This document shows positions 54,955 through 61,242 of a DNA stretch of 61,242 bases, piece by piece (position 1 is the stretch's first letter; each line of letters starts with the position of its first letter). Position numbers and translations under genes: made by a program. The stretch is from Patescibacteria group bacterium (GTDB taxonomy: Bacteria > Patescibacteriota > Minisyncoccia > UBA6257 > GWB1-50-10): contig JASEIC010000002.1 of assembly GCA_030017555.1 (NCBI GenBank), forward strand, positions 1 to 61,242, given 5' to 3'. The notes beneath the pieces are model-generated. The model was not told the DNA's origin. It made no database searches and saw nothing but the letters and a program-made list of their open reading frames with translations.

Positions 54955-55405
54955 ATTTTTCGACTACTAACCAAAGAATAAATCCAAAAATCAAATTGTA
55001 AAAAATCTCGCTCAGAACGAGCCGAATAGAAAAATAATAATTGCTGAAACTAACAACTGCAATATGGTAGAAAATAGAAATTAAAATAATGCCGATTAAA
55101 AAATCTACTGCTTTGTTGCCAGTCAAAAATTTCTTAAACAAATAAAAAATAATTACCGAAAGCTCCAAAACCAGCAAAGAAATTAGCCAAAATTTAATGA
55201 ATATTAAAAAAATAACCGAAACTGCTATTAAAGAAAATAACAATGGAAAAAAATCTTTTTGAAAGAAAATTATTAATAAAAGGGCGATTAAAATCAAATT
55301 TGGATTTATTCCTCCAATAACCAAAATCTTTGTTTCTTGCAAGAAAAAACAAATTAATACAATAAAAACTATCCAAAAAAAATTATTTAATATCTTTACT
55401 GACAC
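54926..55405 (-). CDS. mreD: rod shape-determining protein MreD-like
   Basis: 159 aa and very hydrophobic. It sits after mreC. Confidence 0.6.
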   Translation of the reverse strand: MSVKILNNFFWIVFIVLICFFLQETKILVIGGINPNLILIALLLIIFFQKDFFPLLFSLIAVSVIFLIFIKFWLISLLVLELSVIIFYLFKKFLTGNKAVDFLIGIILISIFYHIAVVSFSNYYFSIRLVLSEIFYNLIFGFILWLVVEKFAIIYEKRT

Positions 55406-55424
55406 GGTTTAAAAAATAAATACT

Positions 55425-56120
55425 TTATGGAAAATCAAAAACGACTAAAACCTCCTCTATAATTTCCGGATTATAATTTGTTTCTAAATCAGCCGTACGC
55501 CAAACTTCATGGGGCGCTTCACTTAAATTATTCAAACTGCCTAACGAAAAATTCATTGGTAATTCCGGCGAGATATTCAATACGTCATCGCCTTCTTTTA
55601 ATTGTATATCGCGTGGAATAAGTTCAAGTTTTGGTTCTTTGCCGCCTTTAAGAAGCGCTTTAGCGCGTAATAAACCAATAGCAACGCTACTCCTCCACTC
55701 CGGATCAAATAAAGTTATAACTTCGCTCTGATTCTTCTTGACCTCAATTACTTTACCTAAAATAACTCCGGGCATTAAAACGATTGGCATTCCTTCTTTT
55801 ATGCCGTCCCTTAAACCGAGATCGATTATAAGTCGTGCCCGATCATTAAATGGATATCGCGAATAAACTCGCGCTTTTCTATATTGCGATAAACTAGATT
55901 TAATTTTCTCTTCCCGCAACGCGCTAAGTTCTAATTTTAATCGGTTGTTTTCGATTTCTATTACTTTAAAAACTTCGCTTTTTTCGCAACTTTCAAAAAA
56001 ACTGGTTGCAATTTTCTTAAAACTAATTAAAAAAATACCAACCGCATTATGAGAAAAAATTAAAATCAAAACTAAAACTAATAAAATAAGACTGCTGAGA
56101 ATTTTCCTCAGGGATTTCAT
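55425..56120 (-). CDS. mreC: rod shape-determining protein MreC
   Basis: It has a TM helix, a coiled coil (ENNRLKLELSALREE) and a beta domain (GMPIV..GVILGKVIEV). Confidence 0.8.
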   Translation of the reverse strand: MKSLRKILSSLILLVLVLILIFSHNAVGIFLISFKKIATSFFESCEKSEVFKVIEIENNRLKLELSALREEKIKSSLSQYRKARVYSRYPFNDRARLIIDLGLRDGIKEGMPIVLMPGVILGKVIEVKKNQSEVITLFDPEWRSSVAIGLLRAKALLKGGKEPKLELIPRDIQLKEGDDVLNISPELPMNFSLGSLNNLSEAPHEVWRTADLETNYNPEIIEEVLVVFDFP

Positions 56121-56147
56121 ATTAATTTTAAATTAAGCGGCTCTCGC

Positions 56148-57173
56148 TTATTTGCCCAAATTCAAATTAGAAAAATTGTTCAAAACATGACCGTAACTGT
56201 CTATTCGTTCACAAACAAGTCCCGTTCCGCGAGCCACGCAATTTAATGGTTCCTCAACAACTTTAACCGGTACGCCAATTTCTTTTTGAACTAATTGATC
56301 AAAACCGCGAAGCAAACTTCCGCCGCCGCAAAAATACATTCCATTTTTATAAATATCACCGACAAGCTCGGCGGGCGCGCTTTCAATTAAATCTTTTAAA
56401 GTTTCAATAATCATTTTCAAGGACCGGACAAGCCAAAAACGAACTTGCGTATCTTTAATGACTGCCTCTCGCGGCAAACCAGTAGAAACATCTCTGCCGC
56501 GAACAATAATTTCCAATCGCTCTCCGGTCGGTACGGCCGAACCAACGCCAATTTTAATCTCTTCGGCGGTTGGCTCGCCGATATTCAACTTCATTTCTTC
56601 GCGAACGGCTTTAATAATTTCATTATTCAAATGATCGCCAGCAATTTTAATACGGCGCGACACTACAATCCCATTCATTGAAATAATCGCCATATCAGTT
56701 GCGCCAGCTCCAACATCCACTATTAAAAATGCGGTTGGTTGATCAATTTCCAAACGACTGCCAAACGCAGCCGCAAGCGGTTGTTCCAAAAGATAAACCT
56801 TGTGAGAACCGACTTCTTTTAAAAGATCTTCCACGGATTTACGCTCTACCTCGGTAAGATTCGTCGGAACGCTTACCACTGTTTCGATAAGCCAAGACCA
56901 TGGTATTTGTTCTCTTTTTAAGAAACGCTCGATCATTTCCTTCGCCATATCAAAATCGGCAATAACACCGTGACTTAAAGGTCTTAAAGCCGTAATATGA
57001 GCCGGTGTACGCGAAAGCATTTTTTTTGCTTCGCCGCCAACCGCCACCACTCGATTAGTTCTGTTATTAAAAGCCACAATTGACGGTTCATTCACAACTA
57101 TGCCGGCATCTCTTAAATAAATTTGTGTTGTGTCGGTACCTAAATCAATACCGACAATCTTTTTAAATACCAT
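56148..57173 (-). CDS. mreB: rod shape-determining protein MreB
   Basis: Actin-fold motifs GIDLGT, VDVGAGATD and CGGGSLLRG. Confidence 0.95.
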   Translation of the reverse strand: MVFKKIVGIDLGTDTTQIYLRDAGIVVNEPSIVAFNNRTNRVVAVGGEAKKMLSRTPAHITALRPLSHGVIADFDMAKEMIERFLKREQIPWSWLIETVVSVPTNLTEVERKSVEDLLKEVGSHKVYLLEQPLAAAFGSRLEIDQPTAFLIVDVGAGATDMAIISMNGIVVSRRIKIAGDHLNNEIIKAVREEMKLNIGEPTAEEIKIGVGSAVPTGERLEIIVRGRDVSTGLPREAVIKDTQVRFWLVRSLKMIIETLKDLIESAPAELVGDIYKNGMYFCGGGSLLRGFDQLVQKEIGVPVKVVEEPLNCVARGTGLVCERIDSYGHVLNNFSNLNLGK

Positions 57174-57174
57174 A

Positions 57175-58428
57175 TTAATATTTCAATAGCTTTGATAAGT
57201 CTTTTAATTTAACTAATTTTATTTCTTTCTTAGATCGCTCTTTTACCTCAACGCTTTCCTGAACAAGAGTTTTTTCACTCACTACTAGTCGCCAAGGCAA
57301 ACCAATAAGATCCGCATCAACGAATTTCTCGCCCGCCGACACATTTCCCCGATCATCAAATAAAACCTCAATATTTTCTTTAACTAACCAATTATAAACC
57401 TGCAAGGCAAATTTTTTCAATGGCGGCTTTGCTTCACCAATCAAAAGAAGATGGGCATGCGCCGGCGCAATCGCTTCCGGCCAAATCATGCCCTTTTCAT
57501 CATAATGCACCTCAACCACCGTTCCGATAATCCTTTCCACTCCAATCCCGTAACAACCCATGACCACCGGACGCAATTCTCCTTTTTTGTCTTTATAATT
57601 TAAGCCAAATGGTTCTGAATATTTAGTTCCTAATTTAAAAATATTGCCGGCTTCAATGCTTTTCATTTCCTCCAAGACGCCGCTTGAACATTTTGGACAC
57701 CGCCCCCCAGCTTTATGCTCGGAAATTGATTTGTTTTGCGCCCAACCGCATAAACGACAAATCATGGTTGTGTCTTCGCCAGCTTCAGATTCCACCATAA
57801 ACTCATGGGAAATTTCTTTTGAAAAATCTCCGCCCGATGCTTCCGTGGCATAAGATTTTAAACCGCATCGATTAAAAACTTTATAATAAGCTTTTTTCGC
57901 CATTTCATAAAACTCGTTAAGCGAATTCTGATCAATATGAAAACTGTAAAGATCTTTCATGGTAAATTCTCTGCCCCTAAGAAGACCGGATTTTGGCCTT
58001 GCTTCATCCCGAAATTTCGTCTGAATTTGATAAACAGCAAGAGGTAAATCGTTGTAAGAAAAAATTATGCTTTTTGCGATTAAAGCGATTACTTCTTCGT
58101 GAGTGGGTCCCAAACCAAGTTCGCGCCCTGATTGATCTTTAAATTGATACATTATTTTTGAAAGCCCCTCCCACCTTCCGGTCATATCCCAGATTGAACG
58201 CGGATGCAAAGCCGGCATTAAAAGCTCGGCAGCGTGAAGCGCATTCATTTCTTCTCTTATTATTTTTATTACTTTTTCGCGAACTCTAAAACCGAGCGGC
58301 AGATAAGAATAAACTCCGGCCATTAATTTATGAATGAAATTAGCCCTAATTAAAAGCTGAGCGTTTATCGCCACTTCGTCTTTAGGCGGTTCGTTTTGAG
58401 TTCTTAAAAATAACCTTGATTGCAACAT
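57175..58428 (-). CDS. proS: prolyl-tRNA synthetase, bacterial type without the INS editing domain
   Basis: The N-terminus is ..LLIRANFIHKLMAGVYSYLPLG. Class II motifs are present. A CxxC..CxxC segment sits where INS would be. 417 aa. Confidence 0.88.
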   Translation of the reverse strand: MLQSRLFLRTQNEPPKDEVAINAQLLIRANFIHKLMAGVYSYLPLGFRVREKVIKIIREEMNALHAAELLMPALHPRSIWDMTGRWEGLSKIMYQFKDQSGRELGLGPTHEEVIALIAKSIIFSYNDLPLAVYQIQTKFRDEARPKSGLLRGREFTMKDLYSFHIDQNSLNEFYEMAKKAYYKVFNRCGLKSYATEASGGDFSKEISHEFMVESEAGEDTTMICRLCGWAQNKSISEHKAGGRCPKCSSGVLEEMKSIEAGNIFKLGTKYSEPFGLNYKDKKGELRPVVMGCYGIGVERIIGTVVEVHYDEKGMIWPEAIAPAHAHLLLIGEAKPPLKKFALQVYNWLVKENIEVLFDDRGNVSAGEKFVDADLIGLPWRLVVSEKTLVQESVEVKERSKKEIKLVKLKDLSKLLKY

Positions 58429-58761
58429 AACTCTTTTATATTAAAAAGATTTTTAAAATTACGCAAACTATAAAATTCTTTAAAAAACCGCAACCACAAC
58501 AATGTAAAAATCAACTATTGATTATAACGAACAACCATAGACTTACGCCCGTGATTTCCTCTAAAACACATAACAATAGCGCTTCAATTAATTGAAGCGC
58601 TCTAACTTATTTATTACCCCCCCTAAATAAATTTCATTATTTGCAATTTTTTAAAAATGAATTTTAAATTTTAAGGCTTAAAATATGCGCAAAAAATCAA
58701 GGAAAAATAAACATTTCAAGGTTTTTAGTAGATTTTAAACCTTAAAAGTTAACAGAAATTA

Positions 58762-59823
58762 TTAAAACAATTTAGCTACGTCTTTTGCGGTCACAACTAT
58801 CATAAGCAAAACAAGCAGAACAAAACCAAAAGCATTTACTCCTATCTGAATTTTTTGTGAAATTGGCGTTCCTTTTATTTTTTCCAAAACAAGCATTATA
58901 AAACGACCCCCATCAAGCGCCGGAAACGGAAGAAGATTTAAAATTACTAAATTCAAAGATATAAGAGCCATAAATTGAAGCAAATAAATTAAACCCAAAG
59001 AACCGGCTTGAACCGCTATCGTCATAATGCCAACGGGCCCGCTAACGCTTTCTACAATCTTTGGTGTTATAAAAACTTTCGAAAAAAATTGGACAAAACT
59101 GATAGCCACGAGTTTTAAAGTATTAACCGTTGCTTTTGAACCATTAATAACACCGCTCAAGAAAGAATTTGACGGAAAACCAATTTCTGAAAGATTAACT
59201 CCCAATGACCCCTGCCCGGCTGGCGGATTAACTCGTCCCTTAATCTGCGCATTTATTAAATCCCCTCCCCGTTTTAAACTTAAATAAATTTCTTGTCCTT
59301 GAAATTCTTTTACAAAAGAAACAAAATCGTCGCTTTTTATCGGATCGTTTAAAATCCGATCTCCTAAACGCGCGACCATAATAACATCGCCATTTTTTAT
59401 GCCGCTTACTTCCGCGGGCGACTCCGGCGCAACACCCGAGACCATAAGATGCTCTGGCGCGCCAACAATGAAAATCCCGCAAAGCACAATCCAGCCTAAA
59501 AAAATATTCATGGCGACTCCCGCCAAAATTATGGCTGATCGTTTCCAAACCGGTTGATTAGCAAAACTTCCCTCTTCTTTTTCTTTTTCTCCGTTTTTTT
59601 CTAAAACAGATCCGCTTTCGTCAAAAATTTTTACAAAACCGCCAAAAGGCAAAAGATTAATGCTGTAACGAGTTCCTCCTATTTCACGAGACCAAACCCG
59701 CGGCGGAAAACCAATCCCGAACTCTTCAACTTTCACGCGAAAAAGCTTAGCCATTAAAAAATGACCAAGTTCGTGAATAAAAATCAATATCGATAAACTA
59801 ATAATTACAGCAATAATAATCAT
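58762..59823 (-). CDS. rseP: RIP (site-2) metalloprotease RseP
   Basis: It has the HELGH zinc motif, a PDZ segment and a C-terminal NLLPFPALDGG. Confidence 0.9.
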   Translation of the reverse strand: MIIIAVIISLSILIFIHELGHFLMAKLFRVKVEEFGIGFPPRVWSREIGGTRYSINLLPFGGFVKIFDESGSVLEKNGEKEKEEGSFANQPVWKRSAIILAGVAMNIFLGWIVLCGIFIVGAPEHLMVSGVAPESPAEVSGIKNGDVIMVARLGDRILNDPIKSDDFVSFVKEFQGQEIYLSLKRGGDLINAQIKGRVNPPAGQGSLGVNLSEIGFPSNSFLSGVINGSKATVNTLKLVAISFVQFFSKVFITPKIVESVSGPVGIMTIAVQAGSLGLIYLLQFMALISLNLVILNLLPFPALDGGRFIMLVLEKIKGTPISQKIQIGVNAFGFVLLVLLMIVVTAKDVAKLF

Positions 59824-59826
59824 ATA

Positions 59827-60381
59827 TTATTCGCTTATTTCTTTAATTTTTGCTTCAATGGCTTTTTCTATATCTTGATTTACTTTATCGGTTTGTTTTT
59901 GAACTTCTTCTTTTAATTTGAACTTTTGATCCTCGTTTATTTCATGATCATCAAACGCTTTTTGAGCTTTTTTATTAATCTCGTCTCGCAAATGACGAAT
60001 TTTTATACGGTGGTCTTCCGCAACTCTTTTTACGTGTTTTACAAGCTCTTCTCTCCGCTCAAGACTTAATTCTGGAAGATAAATTCTTATAATATTGCCT
60101 TCGGTATTTGCCGTAAGCCCCAAAGACGAAATTTCAATTGCCTTAACCACGCTTCCGACCGCACTCTGATCCCAAACTTGAATATGAATTTCTCTGGGCG
60201 GCGTAATGCCAACCGTGCCAAGCTGTTTCAGGGGCAAAAACTGGCCATAATAATCAACTTTGATATTTTCAATTAGCGCGGTGGTCGGCCGATTAGTTCG
60301 GATGCCGCTCATCTCTTTTTTAAAGGTATCTACAATATGGCCCGACTGCGTTTTAAAATCTTCTAAAATTTGCGTTGGCAT
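59827..60381 (-). CDS. frr: ribosome recycling factor
   Basis: 184 aa, typical RRF sequence (..SGIRTNRPT..LENIKVDYYG..). Confidence 0.93.
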   Translation of the reverse strand: MPTQILEDFKTQSGHIVDTFKKEMSGIRTNRPTTALIENIKVDYYGQFLPLKQLGTVGITPPREIHIQVWDQSAVGSVVKAIEISSLGLTANTEGNIIRIYLPELSLERREELVKHVKRVAEDHRIKIRHLRDEINKKAQKAFDDHEINEDQKFKLKEEVQKQTDKVNQDIEKAIEAKIKEISE

Positions 60382-61148
60382 TAATTTTTTTGAAGTTTAT
60401 AATCAATGACCTTTTTTTGAATATTATTATTTAAATTATACTTTTTTAAAAACATTTCCCGCTCCAAAAGCCACTTAAGCACTGAAGAGTTTTTGATAAG
60501 ATTTTGACTTCTTAAATCGAAAATGGTTCTTTCTAAATTCTTTTTTAGGTCCCCGACTTGATTCTTAATTTTCTTAGAAGAAATTAAGTTGAGCGCCCAG
60601 CCCATCCTTCCAAAAGATTCTTCGGCTGCGCTTTCGGCTTTTTTTACCGGAATGTTAAAATGTTTGATTAGTATTTCCCTGATGCGGGTTTTTGACAATC
60701 TTGCAAAATAAATTTTTGTCAGTCTTGACAAAAGCGGCGGAAATAAAACTTGTGAATCACAAGCAATAAATATTATTAAACCGTGTTTTGGCGGCTCTTC
60801 AACTATTTTAAGCATACTACTTTGCGCTTCAGGAGTAAGCGCTTCAGCTTCATCAATAATCACTGTTCTTCTTGCTGATTTGAGCGGGGTTTGCCACAAA
60901 AAATTTCTAATTTGTCTCGCTTCATCAATGCCAATTATTCCACGTTCATCTCTCTTGAGAATAACGCTATCAATTAAGGGACTTTCAAGAATTTCAAATT
61001 TTCCATACTCCAGATAATACGCCAAACTTTGAGCAAAGTTACATTTACCGATTTGCGAATCTCCAAAAAAAAGATAAGCGTGACTCAAAGCCCCGCTATC
61101 CGCTAAATTTTTAAAAGCTTTTTCCTTTTCTTCGTGACCAAATAACAT
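60381..61148 (-). CDS. holB: DNA polymerase III delta' subunit-like clamp-loader protein
   Basis: ..LSHAYLFFGDSQIGK.. is a degenerate P-loop. It also has IIDEAEALT (DExx) and LLKIVEEPP motifs. ATG at 61148; the track start at 61154 is TTG. Confidence 0.75.
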   Translation of the reverse strand: MLFGHEEKEKAFKNLADSGALSHAYLFFGDSQIGKCNFAQSLAYYLEYGKFEILESPLIDSVILKRDERGIIGIDEARQIRNFLWQTPLKSARRTVIIDEAEALTPEAQSSMLKIVEEPPKHGLIIFIACDSQVLFPPLLSRLTKIYFARLSKTRIREILIKHFNIPVKKAESAAEESFGRMGWALNLISSKKIKNQVGDLKKNLERTIFDLRSQNLIKNSSVLKWLLEREMFLKKYNLNNNIQKKVIDYKLQKN

Positions 61149-61154
61149 ACCCAA

Positions 61155-61242
61155 TTACCTTTTATTTAAAAGCGTACGTTTATAAACATCTAAGTGTCCT
61201 AAAATTATTGCCGTTCCCTTAGCAACGCACAAAATTGGCTCT
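61155..61242 (-). CDS. 3' end of an unidentified gene, truncated by the window edge
   Basis: The open frame ..EPILCVAKGTAIILGHLDVYKRTLLNKR ends with TAA at 61155-61157. Confidence 0.4.
   Translation of the reverse strand, partial: EPILCVAKGTAIILGHLDVYKRTLLNKR

Overview
This is a 61.2-kb AT-rich, very gene-dense bacterial chromosome segment, and almost all genes are on the minus strand. Housekeeping operons dominate: tsf-rpsB, rpsP-KH-trmD, smc-rnc-nusB-rpmF, rnhB, dnaE, thrS-miaA, gatB, secE-nusG-rplK, gyrB, mraZ-rsmH-ftsL-ftsI-murF, rplJL, hrcA-grpE-dnaK-dnaJ with a CIRCE operator, ftsQ, alr, serS, lysS, greA, mreBCD-mrdA, proS, rseP, frr and holB. There are three intact tRNAs (Tyr-GUA, Glu-CUC, Val-CAC). 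I found no rRNA and no CRISPR array. The standard genetic code applies, since TGA terminates intact genes. Several core proteins are unusually short: EF-Ts is 146 aa, SMC is 723 aa with no hinge, HrcA is 239 aa, and ProRS is 417 aa. Core genes lack Shine-Dalgarno sequences. By inference, this fits a reduced-genome, CPR/Patescibacteria-like bacterium. The most interesting region is the left end (1-2868). A large serine recombinase abuts tRNA-Tyr and sits inside two sets of inverted repeats. One is an exact 55-bp pair bracketing an acidic coiled-coil gene. The other is a 96-nt pair made of the recombinase's own 3' end. Together they are a candidate invertible or tail-swapping module. Other accessory or unusual loci are listed below. 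(1) A two-gene cassette (6722-8660) has shared promoter-upstream boxes and a GC-rich 20-bp minisatellite. (2) A 33-aa six-cysteine ORF with a perfect SD lies next to a 176-nt hairpin. (3) A prepilin carries a tail-fibre-like C-terminus. (4) A 1614-aa secreted Ig/SH3/FN3/GH5 protein contains two identical 210-bp internal repeats. (5) A decayed patch holds a tRNA-Asn 5' fragment, a paralog remnant and an IS3 remnant. All functional calls come from motif recognition by eye; no database search was run.
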